Positions 1-17,418 of a stretch of DNA of 64,000 nucleotides are shown piece by piece. Each line of letters opens with the position of its first letter. Position 1 is the stretch's first letter. The notes beneath the pieces are model-generated. The model had not been told where the DNA came from, did not search any database, and saw nothing but the letters and a program-made list of their open reading frames with translations. The translations under genes and the position numbers were made by a program. The stretch spans positions 1,612,001-1,676,000 of the forward strand of contig NEEC01000018.1 of assembly GCA_002189035.1 (NCBI GenBank), in the 5' to 3' direction. Source of the stretch: Utricularia gibba. Lineage: Eukaryota; Plantae; Magnoliophyta.

Positions 1-39
1 AATCGTAAACTATATTGTCTTCGTGATGATCCTGCTTAC

Positions 40-1629
40 TGAATGACCAATTACCAATGCTATAAGGCAAGCCATAATGTAGAAGAATGGGCTCAACGCC
101 CTCACGAGGAATATAACCAGGATAAAGCATCATGTTTTCATTTATTTTGTGCCGAAGCCCCACCTGGTGAAGCTCAGCCAAAGAAAAACACAAATGAACA
201 TGTGTTGGGAGGATGAGTAGGAGAACCCTGAAGCATATATAATGATCAAGTAAAAGGCACAGAAATGCACAAATGGCGAAAACGATGGTACCTCTGCAGC
301 TCCATATGAGTATCCATACATTTCACTTATCCACCCAGATGAATAAATATCACCAGTGTAATTGGTGGCCCAATGAGCTCTATCTGCTCGCACTTCTTCA
401 GTCTTTGATAGCCACATGGGTGCCAAAGCTCGAAGATCATCAATGTGCATTGCCAGAAGCCCACCAACTTTGTCACAGAGCTCAGGATGTGTTGTGTGCA
501 GTTTAGCAAGAATGTTATCACAACCAACCAAGTATCTGGTCAACAGATGATTCCCAAAGAGATATTATTATTGCAGAAGTTTCAGCTACATAAGAAATTT
601 TAAAGAATGGCAACCATTACCCGTAATATGCAGCAACAGGTCTTCCTTTCTCTGCTCCAAGCTCCCAAGGTATAATCGGTCCTCTAACTATCATATCCGC
701 ATCAAGAATAAGTACCCAGTCAACATTCTGGGCATCTTTGCTATGTTGGAGCCAGTGAAGAACACCAGCCGGCTTATTAATTGCTGGATACCTGTAGCAA
801 CCCATCAATGCCAGGAGTACTTGAACATGTGGATCAACTATAACAGCTCGAACACAAGAGCACAGAACCATTGAAATGAATAGTATCGTGTACAAGCTAC
901 AGAAAGCTTTGTAGAACATCATGGGAAGCTAAGCATCTAATTCATGTCAGAAATGATGCTCAAAAAGCTTACTTTGGAACCTCAAATTTTGAACTTTTCT
1001 GAAACAAAATTTTGAGGAGTATCAGTCTTGAAACAAAAATAGAAGACACATAGTCAAGGTTGCACAATGCAGAGCAACCAATAGAAACTTGAGGATGTGT
1101 GATCCCTGAGGTTCCTAAACTCATTGGAGAATAAAAACTATCTCGAGCACCTGATCTCAATCAATGGAAAAATGGAGGAAGGATCTGTAACTCTGATCCA
1201 TCAAAACTTTCTGGGTTTTTTTGCAGTTTCTATAACTCAAGTATGCAATGCACGATGTCCCAGTAACTACAGAGGAAGTAAAACTCACCAGTCACCAGTC
1301 TTGGGGTGCCTGCTCATTGAAGGAACCCGAAGCGTCGGCGCCAAGTCTATACCTTTGTAACTCTTCATCTCTCGATCAGTACAACTGAGAAGCCTCGTCA
1401 CGGGACCCGGTTGCCGGGCCTTACGAAGACTGTGCATGAGTCCCACCGTTTGCCAGTCGAAGTAATTCTGACACTCCACAGAGAACAACGTGTGGATCCT
1501 GTACGGCGGAGACCCCAACGCCACCGGCCCACTCCCTCCTCCATCGGCGACTCCGCCGCTCATCGACAAAACCACCACCACTAAGAAACAGATAACCATC
1601 GCCATTTCCATCGTCACATCGCTCCACAA
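40..1629 (-). CDS. SGT1: Peptidyl serine alpha-galactosyltransferase (SGT1/SERGT1-like), 5' part; the gene runs off the left edge
   Basis: Exons 1629-1289, 791-621, 535-292 and 163-40 are joined by GT-AG introns. They give a signal/TM segment, then PPYRIHTLFSVECQNYFDWQTVGLMHS...HPKTGDW|YPAINKPAG...LILDADM (DxD)...GWISEMYGYSYGAAE|VGLRHKINENMMLYPGYIPREGVEPILLHYGLP. Confidence 0.92.
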
Positions 1630-3228
1630 AAAGGGAAACTGGGGTTTGTTCTAAAAGGATCCAAGAACCCAATGGCGAATGCGGAGCCAGCCAGTTCAAC
1701 CAAGATCACGACGATGCCGCCTGATCAAGCCACAGACGAAGCGAGATCGCGATCGAGAACGAACAGGATACCTCCTCCAGAGACCAGAGGATTCCTGATG
1801 GATGGGATGCTCAATAAACTCTCGAGTTCCAAGCTCCATTTCCACACCACGGTCTTTGAAGAAGCCATTTCCAATAATTCCTCCGTCAGTTGACCAAATA
1901 AAAACGACGTCGTAAGAGAAACTCACCCACCAATAAAACTGAAAACATATCCAGTCCAATGGTTTCAGACAACCATATTAATTGGGGTTTTAAATTCGTC
2001 TTTTTTATAAAAACAATTTCTGAATTTTAAAAATTAAAAATAAAAATAAATTATCCCTAAAATCAATTCCGAAAAGTCGCACCCCGTACAAGGAAATTAA
2101 AATCACCCAAATTTGTGTAATTAAATATGATGCCTATTTGTGGCGTCAAACCCTAATTTCAATAATGAGAGGGATCTAGAGACTTAGGGCTTGTCTGGAT
2201 ATTAAAGGTATAAATATTAAACTAACATTTAATTATATTTAATTTATAGAATTAGAATAAAAAATTAATTTATTTAGATTTAAATAAAAATAATTTATAA
2301 TAATTAATTTTGCTTCATAATATTTAGTTAATAGGAGTAAAATTATATTTTAAATATAAAACAATAAATATATGATTTTAAATAAACTCAATGAAAACTG
2401 GATCTCTAAGAATAACTTATACCTTTAGATCATGTTTAATAATAAGGATAATGTGAAATATCTTAAATACGACATAATAATAACATATTTGGTAATAATG
2501 AATAAATTTTCTTGAGATATTTTTTTTCTATAAATCATAAAATTATCCGCACCAACGCTTCTCATTTTTAAACGTTTAACCAGGAAAAATTTATACTAGA
2601 ATAATGCATACTAGTGTAAATTTAAGTGACTATCAAACACTGACTTAAAGAACACTCATGTGATAAGTATAACATAAATGTTTCAATAGCATAGAAATCA
2701 TAATTATTCTGATTACACACACAGATACCATTTCAAAAGCACATGAAATAATTAAAAAAAATAATTTCAATTGAGAAGTTATTTAAACATACGAAACAAA
2801 TAAGATATAAATTATAATATTTACTTTAAATACTAGTAATCTAGTCAACAAAGGGCAAGCAAGCAAGCAAGTGATTGCAAAAGTAGGAGGCAGAGGCGTT
2901 CTCTATGCAATAAGGTTGCAACAGTTAGCAGCAGTTCAAGTACAGGATGCATTCCATCCCCATCACAACACAAGAAGAGAAAGATGACATACAGAGGAGC
3001 TGGGGTGGTTTGGATGGATGGATGGGGCATCCATCGCTTGTTGAGGCATGCACCAGAGAGGGGGATGAAGAACAAGTCACAAGGTTGGAGAACATTTAGG
3101 CTCTATCAAACTAAAAGAAAAGAAGAAAACTGAAGTTCAAGAAGGCAAATATAGCCGCCACAGTATATATATGAGTTCCCCCGAGCTCATTCTCGAGCTG
3201 CAGCAATTACCTGGGAAGCCTTTTTCTG

Positions 3229-4794
3229 TCAGGGGTTTGAGGCCTTGGCTGTGGCCATTTCCTCAAGGATTCTCCATGTTGCCTCACGCTTGGTCTTTGT
3301 TTCCTGGTCATGTGCCTCATCTTGCTGGAATTTATGCAAACATTCTCCAAACAGCTGTGGATCAGCATCACTGAACATTTTACGAACGTTGAGAGTCAAG
3401 CTCTGGACCACTTGGTTCCAATGGCTTCCAGCATTCTTCTCTAGTGAGTGGAAGATGATGGGCAGTATGGTTTTACGGTTTTGTTTGATGAGGCTCACGA
3501 TATGGTCGTTGTTCCACAAGAGAAGAGCCCTTTCAGCCACCTGCAAGATTCATCAACATGATTTTGTTTCATGAAAATTGAAACAGAAGGCAATAGTTTA
3601 TGAAACCTGAAAATGTGAACTGCGGAGGCATCTGGCGATCCGGCGAAACAAAGGAACCATGCAGCGCTGGAACTCGGAGATCTGAGTGGATTCAAGCACT
3701 TCCTCAATCTCACCCAAGAACATGACTTCCTTGGTACTGCTTGTCACCGGCCAATACTTCAGTAAACCTCTTATGACAGTGTCAGCAAGCTTGCAGTCTT
3801 TCTCAACAAATTGGGTGATGCAGTAAGTTAGCTGCTGATGGTACAAGGACAAGCACTTGGGTTTATGCAATGGAATGAGTGCACGCACGAGAAAAAGCTT
3901 GTGCTCTTCTTTCAATGGAAGAGCAAATCCATTTATAATGCTTCCCAAGATCTCTAACAGCTCTGCAATACCACTGTGCCTTTCAGTTTCAAAAATAAAC
4001 CGGTAGAAAATATTGTTTACCGCTTTTCTGATGAAGGGCCGATGAACCATGAACTTTCCATATATCCGGTGCAGGATAGTTTTCAGATACTCCCTTTCTC
4101 TAGGATCTTCAGAATCAAAAAGATCCAAAAATTTTATAATGAAGGATTGATCAATGTAGCGCTTTGCCAGCTTTGCATCTGTCTCAGGAGAGATCACAAA
4201 CTTTAGAAGGCATTCATAAACAATATGCAAGTGTGGCCAGGACGGGTCGATCAGCGGTTCCTCTTCTTCCAAATCAAAACTTTGCAAAGCTTTATTCTCA
4301 CGGGGCTGTGTGAACAATGTTCTGAACAGATTTATAGATACCATTCTTATGATCTCTTGCATCACACTCTCACTGAACTTACCATTCGGTGCGGCTACAT
4401 AGTCAACAATTTCCACCAATGTCTGCCGCTTAATGTCTTTCTCCTTAGAATTCTTGGAGGGATCAGTGAAATCAAACACCACGCAACACATACTCAACTT
4501 TCTGAGAAATAAGCTTTGCTTCTCCGAACTTGGGACATCATTAATACTTGGAAGAGCCTCATAAGGCACAGGCCTTGAACCCCCATGTGCCTTGGCATCC
4601 AGAGGCTGTTGCGTGCCTCCATTTACACCATAAGATCCATTAGGAGCAGCACCACCCCAACTGCTGGAGTGGGAACCTGAAACAGAGCTGCCTCTCAAAG
4701 TAGCTTCTGCCTTAGAAAATGGTGGTCCATCTTGATTCTCTGCCGCCTTGACCTGCTTACGAGGGATTTTGTTAAAAATATTTTTTATCATCAT
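3229..4794 (-). CDS. Protein phosphatase 2A regulatory B' (B56) subunit, gamma/zeta-like
   Basis: Exons 4794-3607 and 3540-3229. Start [13 protein letters not shown]; B56 motifs [29 protein letters not shown]|[11 protein letters not shown] and [15 protein letters not shown]. The 5' leader extends to roughly 5800 and contains an intron. Confidence 0.95.
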
Positions 4795-6870
4795 TGAGAG
4801 CCGGGAATGGCAAACTGTTCCATCAGGTAAAATCAACAGCAGTTAACACCATCGAATGTAGACCTGTTGCTGTTGCACTTCTGCATAACATCTCAAAGAC
4901 CCTGGTAAGAAGCAAAAGCAGCACATTAACATCACCCCAAAAATTCCCTTCTACTTAAACAAGTACAAGCCTAAGAACAATCCACTGGAGTCACGAGATA
5001 CTCCCGTGGTTAAATCTACAATACTAACTTGCCAGCATCTGAATGTAACCGTACAGAGTGTTTTGTGACTCATACAGAAATCAACTTCGAATGAAGGCCA
5101 TACCCTTCTGAACAACCATGTGTACATGACATCAGACGAATTTGAAGCAATGATGCTAAAAAGGCTTCCAATAGCAGAAGGGCACGTTACCCTTCTGTAC
5201 GATTCAAGAATTGTTACTCACACAAAGTTTCGACATCTAGACGGAAAGAAACAAAAAAGGAAAAAGAAGAGATTCCCAAATCCATCAACGGTATTCAAAG
5301 ATCTGGGAGAGATCTAAAAATTCTTCCACAGAGAATCAAACAAAAAGGGGCATCAAAAGACAGGAATCCGCAAACAAAAACCCACAATACCTCATTAAAG
5401 GACGCTAAAAAATCAACCTTGTACACATAAACACGGCGGGAACGCGTAGCAGGGTAAATATCGGTGCAGAAATCAAACAAGATTTAACGTTTGCGCGTCG
5501 GCCGCGTTAGTCCCCCGGCTAAAAGGCCCCCCACCTCGAAAAGAAGGGAAAAAAAGTGAGAAATCAACAATGATGGGTAATGATGATCCGGCGGTGGCTC
5601 AAGGATCTTATCAGGTTCCAATTAAATTCAAGAGACCTCCTCCTCCTTCTCCTCCTCCTCCTACTTACTCCCTTCACTTTCAATCTCATCCCCGAGGGGG
5701 GAATTCCAACTCCACTTGAAAGAACCCTCCAATGCATTTTATTCTCAGAAAGCTCCTCATTTTGAAAGCCCCTCCCTCAACGCGACGAACCGGGGACACG
5801 CACTACCGCGAGATGAAGGAAACACTTCCTCCCAAATGATTTTCCACATATTTTCTTCTTTTTTTTTCATTTTTAAAAACCGAAAAAAAATCAGATAAAA
5901 AAAGACAAGAGGCTATGGATTAGGGAAGACAAGTTTCATTTATATATTTTATAAATTTTAAAATAATTTGGACAAAAAAAAAACCAACTTCTTTTTTTTT
6001 TCTTAATTTAACCAAATAATTTCCTGTTTTGGTTATCCACGTTTTTTTTTTGAATGATGTTGATGGATCAAATCCATACTATATTAAGACAAAACTTATG
6101 TGGCGCTACCTGATCACAATTTTTTTTGTCTTTTTAAAAATATATTCATATATTTTTTTTTCCTTCCTCCATCTTTGGAAATTGGATGCATATCAATTTC
6201 AACAGTTTGATAATTTCCTGGTAGAATTATTACAGAATTAATAGAATAAATGATATATTATAAAATTTAATACATTAAATTATTATAAAATTTAATGTGA
6301 TGGTATAATTATTTTTTAAAAATTTGTAAAAAATAATTAATATCTTTTATTCAATTAATAAAAAATTCATTTTTTTTAAATTAATATAATTATAATTTTA
6401 AAAAATTAAAAAGAATCAATTAAAAAATACATAAATAAAACAGATCTAATATAAGTTCTAGTTCTATAATTTATTAAAAATGAAAAGCATTTATAAATTT
6501 TTTTAAATATAAATCATTCGTATTTGATAAATTTTTTATACACCCCCACCTATTTAATTTTATTACAACTGTACATGAAAAACAAGTGATTTATTTTAAA
6601 TTTGAAGCACTTGCGTTCACTAGGGTAATAAAAGTGACAGGAGCATTCCTTCATGTCCGATGAAGTCGTGTCAATCAGTTATTGTGTAAACTAATAAAAA
6701 AATATATATGCTGCAATTAAAAATATTTTGAATATGACACATGCGCCCTACTAGCACCTGAAATTACAGGAAGAAGAAGAAGAAGAAATCATTTTTCAAG
6801 CCGCCACTGCATCTTCATCCCAACTCCAGGTCAAAGAAAAATGGCAAGAAAGGCAAACCTTAGTCATGGA

Positions 6871-10473
<3,603 letters not shown>

Positions 10474-11264
10474 TTAAAATATGCGAAATTGCACAAAAAC
10501 CCCCTCAAAACTGGGAAAATACTTTTCCCATCTTCAAAAAATCCTCCCCAAATCAATTTAAAATATCAAAAGTGATGACATCAGATACTTTTATTTTCTT
10601 CTGTGGAAAAAAAGAAAAATACAACCAATGAGTGATGAGAGTGGGCCCCATCATACACTATTAAAGGAATATTTCAATTAAATTGCCATTAATAAATTGA
10701 CTTACAAATATATACTTATTACACAAAATTATTTGCAAATAGTAAGTAGTGATTATTAACTGTAAAGTTTGATTATTTTATGCTAATCACTTTTTAGGAA
10801 AATAATCACAGATTAACATATACTTCTCTTTTTGATCCACGTTAACCCCCTGCAGTCAGCATAAGCAACAGGGTTGGTGGGGAACTCCGAAGCCGTGGAA
10901 TTTGTCCACCCAACCCATTGAAAGATCAAACAACTGTGGTTTTGGTGTCCTCAGAAAAATAAGCGTGCATATATTTCAGGGTTCAGGCAGATCTGCGTGG
11001 TTGGGTTGTTCTCTGTCTCATCTTGCTTTCTTTCTGGTTCTACTTCTGCTTCTGTTTTGGGTTTCTGTTACTTGATTGCTTGTTGCTAGTTGGGAAGTTA
11101 ATTGCAGGAGTTGAAAGGTCAGTTTTTTTTTTTTGCTCATGATTTTGTCATTGAGTGATTGATGTGTTCTTTTTTGATTGTGATATGATTTCTGTTGGGC
11201 CGTTGCCTTTGAAAATGGGTTTTGTTTAGTGCTTATGAGTTTTGCTTACTTGGGTTTGGCAGAA

Positions 11265-14011
11265 ATGGCTGATCTTGGATTATGGCACTGTGAAAAGAGA
11301 TCCGATGCCAAGAACGAGTCTGTTACTAAAGATGATGCTAATCAGTTACCTGAAACTGGGTGTCTCTCTATAATTGTTCTTGGTGCTTCTGGAGATCTGG
11401 CAAAAAAGAAGACTTTTCCTGCACTGTTTAACCTCTATCGGCAGGTAATTGATTCATTTTTTTTTACATGGATTTGACCTTGTGCTACCAGTAAAGATTT
11501 GGGGTGATCATTATAAGCAAGTTGAGGTTTTTAAAAAGAACTAATATGCTTCCTTTTTTTTTTTTTTTTCATATCAGGCTTTTTTGCAATCACATGAAGT
11601 GCACATTTTTGGCTATGCTAGAAGCAAGCTCTCTGATCATGAACTTCGGGATCGAATTCGAGGGTGTGTTTCCCTGTTTGCTATTGTTTGATATGCAGAC
11701 GCCATTACCCTCCATCATGATATGGAGAATTTATTGTTCCTTCGTTTGACTAGGTATCTTCCACAAGCAAAAGATGCAACTGATCACGTTTCAGGCTTTC
11801 TGAGTTTGGTTAGTTGACTTGTTACTTGCACAGCCTTACACTGTCTTCTAACAATCAAAATGGATTTCCTGTAGATCAAGTATGTGAGTGGCTCTTATGA
11901 TGCTCCAGAAGGTTTTCAAGAATTAGACAAAGCCATATTCGAACACGAGGAATCAAAGGAAACTATAGAAGGATCATCAAGGAGGCTTTTTTATCTTGCA
12001 CTCCCCCCCTCAATCTACCCGCAAGTCTGCAAAATGATCAAGACATACTGCATGAACAAATGTAAGCTGTTTTACATCCCTTGCTCCATCCTTTTCTATG
12101 TACATTTCTGTATGTGAGTGATCCCTCTATGGTCATTTCTGCAGCAAGCCTCGGCGGATGGACACGCATTGTAGTTGAGAAGCCCTTTGGCAAGGACTTA
12201 GCTTCAGCTGAGGAACTGAACTCCCAGATAGGAGTTTTGTTCGATGAACCACAGATCTATCGCATAGATCACTACTTGGGAAAGGAACTGGTCCAGAACT
12301 TGGTACTTCCATCTCCTTGTCTTGCTTTTAGGCTATTTGGCTCACACCATAATCACTATTCACCATTTTATTGTCTTCAACCATTGCAGTTGGTGCTTCG
12401 TTTTGCAAACCGCTTTTTCTTGCCTCTTTGGAACCGTGATAACATTGACAATGTGCAGGTCAGTTGTTTTGTTTCAGGGTAGATTCTCCCTTTTAGTTCT
12501 TGCACTTTCTTCTGATAATAGTCTCATTGTTGCAACTTCCAACAGATTGTGTTTAAAGAAGATTTTGGAACTCAGGGTCGCGGTGGATATTTCGATCAGT
12601 ATGGGTATGATTCTCACTACTACACTTCTTCTCCTTTATCACACATCCCTGCATTTGTCTGATCAACATGTAACCTTCAGGATCATCCGTGATATCATCC
12701 AAAATCATCTGTTGCAGGTGAAGCAGCTTCCTTTTGTGAATCCTTTTCCAAACATCATCCTTTCTTCTTCTGATGTCCAAGAAATTCTGCAGGTCTTTTG
12801 CCTTGTTGCTATGGAGAAGCCAATTTCCTTGAAGCCAGAGCATATCCGGGATGAGAAAGTGAAGGTGCAAACACATCCCCTTTGCTTCATTAAACCATCA
12901 AAAAGTTTACTGTTCTTCATTATATCTTACTGTAAACTGAAAGCTCAGGTTCTTCAATCCGTTCTTCCCATCAAAGATGAAGAAGTGGTGCTTGGACAAT
13001 ATCAAGGCTACAAGGATGACCCAACCGTTCCAGATGATTCAAACACCCCAACTTTCGCCTCCGTAATTCTGCGGATCCACAACGAAAGATGGGAAGGTAA
13101 GAAGTTCATGTGTTTATGTGACTTCATCACCAGCCAAAACTACTGGTGTGAAGTAGTTAGTAGAATTTTCATTGTCCTTGAACACCTGAGTGCAGGAGTG
13201 CCCTTCATTCTCAAGGCCGGAAAAGCTTTAGACTCAAGAAAAGCCGATATTCGGATACAATTCAAGGATGTCCCTGGTGATATATTCAAATGTAAACCAA
13301 ACACACTTGAGCATTAAGCTTGTACACTTTTGGACTCTATAAAGTGAGTTGGGAACTTCTCTCTGAATTCGAGTGATGATTCTTGCAGGTCAAAACCAGG
13401 GAAGAAACGAGTTTGTGATTCGTCTGCAACCTTCAGAGGCCATATACATGAAGCTGACTGTGAGTGCAGTGCAGCTGAGAGGAACATCCTTCATTGTGAA
13501 GTGGTTTCTTGATCTATCTTCTCTGGTAATGCAGGTGAAGCAGCCAGGGCTTGAAATATCAACTGCACAGAGCGAGCTAGATCTCTCATACAGGCAGCGA
13601 TACCAAGATGTCATCATCCCAGAGGCCTATGAACGCCTAATCCTCGACACGTATGGTTGCAGAATCATCCCAGAAAAATCATTTCTTTGCTCTTTCTGTG
13701 TAACCCCCCTGTTCTTGCTCACAGGATCAAGGGCGATCAGCAGCATTTTGTCCGTCGAGATGAGCTGAAGGTAAAGTGAACCATACAGTAAAACACATCA
13801 CATTTTATCCCAGAACCAAATCAAGACTTGCACTTGTGTTTAGGCTGCCTGGGAGATCTTCACCCCGCTTCTACACCGCGTCGACGCCGGAGTTTTGAAG
13901 GCGATTCCATACAAAACTGGGAGCCGGGGGCCTGAGGAAGCGGATGAGTTGCTCGAAAAAGTCGGATACGTTCAAACCCGTGGCTACATTTGGATTCCTC
14001 CCACATTGTAG
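11265..14011 (+). CDS. G6PD: Cytosolic glucose-6-phosphate dehydrogenase (G6PD5/6-like), 15 exons
   Basis: [26 protein letters not shown] (NADP binding), [10 protein letters not shown] (catalytic peptide), C-terminus GYIWIPPTL*. No transit peptide; all introns are GT-AG. Confidence 0.97.
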
Positions 14012-14463
14012 CCAGCCAGGTGAACTAAAATCATCTTCTTGGCCCGTTGTGTTCCTCTTGTTTGCCCTTTCCCAGCTCCTGCGGCCACCCTTTTGATCCA
14101 GGAATAATGTTATGTACCAGAACCTCTGTGTGGGGTTATGTCTTGCAGTGTAATGCTTGTGTTTGTAACGCTCATAAAAAATGCAGACTTTTCATTCCAT
14201 CAACTGCACCAGTGTATGCGCCATGCCAGTAGAATCTAAGACACGAAGAAGCACCAGTGTAAAGCTACTGACTTTACAGCGTTGTGCTGCCTTCCACGAA
14301 GCACCCAAAACAGAGGAAGATGCATGGAATAGAACAGTGTGAAACTTCTTAGTCCACCCAAGCATATGCCACTCATTATCACTCCACAGTCCACACTCGC
14401 CCTCTACATCCTTTTTGTTATAAAGATATCGTTTGACAGTAAAATATTAATATGTTTACTAAG

Positions 14464-14630
14464 TATATATATATATATATATATATATTTAATTATATAC
14501 AATGTTTGATATTCGAGAATATAAATTTAAGTATGTACATCCTTTTTATTTATGTATATCATTCATATATTTAAAAAATAAGTATGTGACTAATATGAAG
14601 TATATAAGATTAACATATATATATATATAT
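14464..14630. repeat. Two (TA)n microsatellites (14464-14488, 14615-14630) flanking an AT-rich core
   Basis: Read directly from the sequence. Confidence 0.9.
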
Positions 14631-15572
14631 GGGTATAAATTTATATACTATATTATTAAACATCTTTAAATAAGCATAGCTTTCATTTTAATGTTGATGT
14701 TGAATAGTGATCATGAAACTTCAATCCTTAAACCTATGTATCAAACTAAAATGTCGAAAATCGATCCGATATTGGCTTCGGTTTTCATCTAATTGGGTAC
14801 ATAGTTTCAAGGAGTCATCCCATGAATGAAAGATTATGCTATTGCATAGGAGGATGTTAGTCCATAATGTTAGTAATAGTGGAGGATGTGTAAGTCTGCC
14901 TCCCAAGCAAGGAAAATGAGATGCATAGGGGTATTCTCGGTATCACACAAACAAATTAATACACCTTCATTCTTTCTCATCCATAATTACCCTCAATTAT
15001 TGTTTTTTTGCATGATCATATTATTTTTTAATACATTATTATCAATTTAAATATATACAATTAAATTAACAAATAAAATTAATCGAATTGGTGGGGGTAA
15101 TTTGGTACTTGTATTAAATGCATTTAAACGGTTGGACCGGTTGTTTACTCGCTCATTAATAATATTATACTAATTTAAATTTATTTTTAATCTAAAAAAT
15201 GTTTATTTTTTAAAAAAATAAAAAAGAAAATATTACAATTTAATTTTCATAATATCCAATATATTAATTAACAGAAGACCAATAAAAATCCCGTTGCGTT
15301 AACGCCTAACGGGACGTGAACTGTTTTTCCATTTTCCATTAAAATGCACGCGACAAACGCGTAACGTAAAAAATTACAGGGGCCCCTACGCCTTCCTTGA
15401 TCCTTCTCTTCTCTGTCTCTCCTCTGCGTTTACTCGTCGATTTTCTCTCCCGGATTCCTCGCTACTCTCCCCGCCGTCGAATCCAAGTTTCCAGGTCGAT
15501 TCTTCGTTTATTTGGAGTTTCCGGTGCGTATGGAGTAAGGAGGGGTTTGAAAGAGGAAGTGTTCTTTGGGAC

Positions 15573-16902
15573 ATGGGTTCCTGTGTTTCTTCGCATAAAT
15601 CAATGAAACCTGCAGTAAAGCGCGGGAAAAAAGACGATAAGGTTTTGGTTAAGGAGAGACCGAATACCGCCAACGGCGCGGAATCCAGGGACACGAAGCC
15701 AGCTTTCAGTTCCTCTGGTCTTGACGGCGGAGGTGGAGCATTTTTTTTTGTTTGTTTAGTATCTGTTTTGTAATTACTTGCTTTGCCGATGGGATCGGGG
15801 CCATGCGAGTTGTCTTCTTCCGATGAAGCCTTCTTCATTTGTGATCTGAGGAAAAACACTCTGTTACATTCGTACGGTGATGAGATTTCCTGGCTGTGAA
15901 GTTGTGTGGAGTGTAACCACTTCACCAATGACACTGGGGTTTCTCCCAAGTGACTTGTCCTTTTCGGCAGATCAGATGCAGAAAAAACATGTAACTTTTG
16001 CACTCATGTCTTCTACCCCTTTCTTTCCTTTTCCCCTGTTCTTCCTCAACAGTAAAGTTCTGTATCTCCATCCTTATGATCTCCGGTTATTGAACCAGAG
16101 GTATTTGTTTCTGCAATCTTATCCTTCTGTGCTGTGTAGGCCCTTTTTGCCCATAACTCTGTGTGTATCCCCACATCATTGTTTCTGCATCAATCCAACA
16201 TCTCATTGAGATTTCATATCAAGTTTCACACTCTGGTTGATAACCAAATACTGCTGCTGTAGCTTTTAATTCCTGCTTTTGACTCAGTGGTACCTGTTCA
16301 GGACACCCAAGTTATGACTCATCTGTCCTTTTCCATGTGCATTTCTTGAGGCGGCATCAGAAACAGTGCATTCATCCTCTTGCTCTTTTTTGATCTGCAG
16401 GTAGCAAAGATGAAGCCTTCTTTGATTCACAACCTTGGCTAGACTCCGACTGCGAAAATGATTTCTACAGTGTCAATGGCGGTAAGCAACCTCTGATAAA
16501 CTTCATCTAGACCCTCCTCCTTTTTGAACGGCAATTATATGAATTGCCGGGTGAAATGCAGATCATACTCCATCCTGCGGCAGTACCCCGGTGCACCACA
16601 GTTTCCATTCATTACAACAGCCTGCGAGCAAGCCATCAATTCTGCTGCTGCTGCAAACTGAGGATACTACTAGTGCACCAGAGCCATCTCCAACAGAAGG
16701 CAGAAAGAAGAGACTCTCTGAGTTGTTTAGTGAAAGTTTTGGAGGGGATGAGCAGTACACTGAGTTACCAGCTTCCTCTCACTTTCAACAGAATCATCTC
16801 CGAGATGCACATTCGGAGAGTAGCACTCCTAACAAAGAGACCAGACAATGCTGTATCCCGGTGATGATCAGAGGCCGGAGCATGAATGGAACAAGAAGAT
16901 GA
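15573..16902 (+). CDS. Uncharacterised At3g27210-like protein, 3 exons; the C-terminus may be frameshifted (alternative stop at 16913)
   Basis: MGSCVS N-myristoylation-like start. Exon 2 (16401-16481) reads GSKDEAFFDSQPWLDSDCENDFYSVNG|DHTPS, then RKKRLSELFSES; these are family hallmarks as recalled. Confidence 0.82.
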
Positions 16903-17418
16903 GCCCTGGTTAGCTGATTGAAACATGGAATACATGAATGTGTGTAGAGTAAGAGGTCTTGTGACCTTCCATAAGAACGCCAGTAGAGTACAGTCAAGGT
17001 CCACACCAAAAGTGAAGGGGTGGGGGCTTAGTGAGATCAAACTGACACCTTGTTTCGTAAAGGGAAAAAATACTTAGATTATTGTACACTCACAAAATGT
17101 TTTACTACCTGCAGGCAGTTGGGGACACAACTAAGGATACCGTGAAAGGGTAAGGCAGCGGCAGCAACCCCTATAGGAAGAAGGGGGGTGAAAATGTTTT
17201 CATCGTTCTTCCTTGCAAGATGAAAACAGCGTAGTGAAAATGGTCTTCCCATCTTCACACCAACAAGCGCTTATTTCAGTCCCATCTCATTCCATCCCAT
17301 CAAATTGGAGTCTCGACTCCCAATTTCTAAGCTTACGCTCCGTGGAAAACCAGTGAAGTATGCACAATGCACACCTTGAAACTGAGGAATAAGTTTACTG
17401 ACCCCCAGCAACAGTTTT

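Noticed and set aside
2184-2560. Possible Tourist/PIF MITE (TTA followed by GGGCTTGTCTGGATA)
   Set aside because: The right end matches only TATCC of the expected inverted repeat and there is no clear target-site duplication.
10865-10885. GGGGAACTC resembling the miR395 3' end
   Set aside because: Only 9 nt match and no hairpin partner; it lies in the G6PD promoter/leader.
15386-16003. 205-aa minus-strand ORF
   Set aside because: Antisense to exon 1 and intron 1 of the At3g27210-like gene; no recognisable motif.
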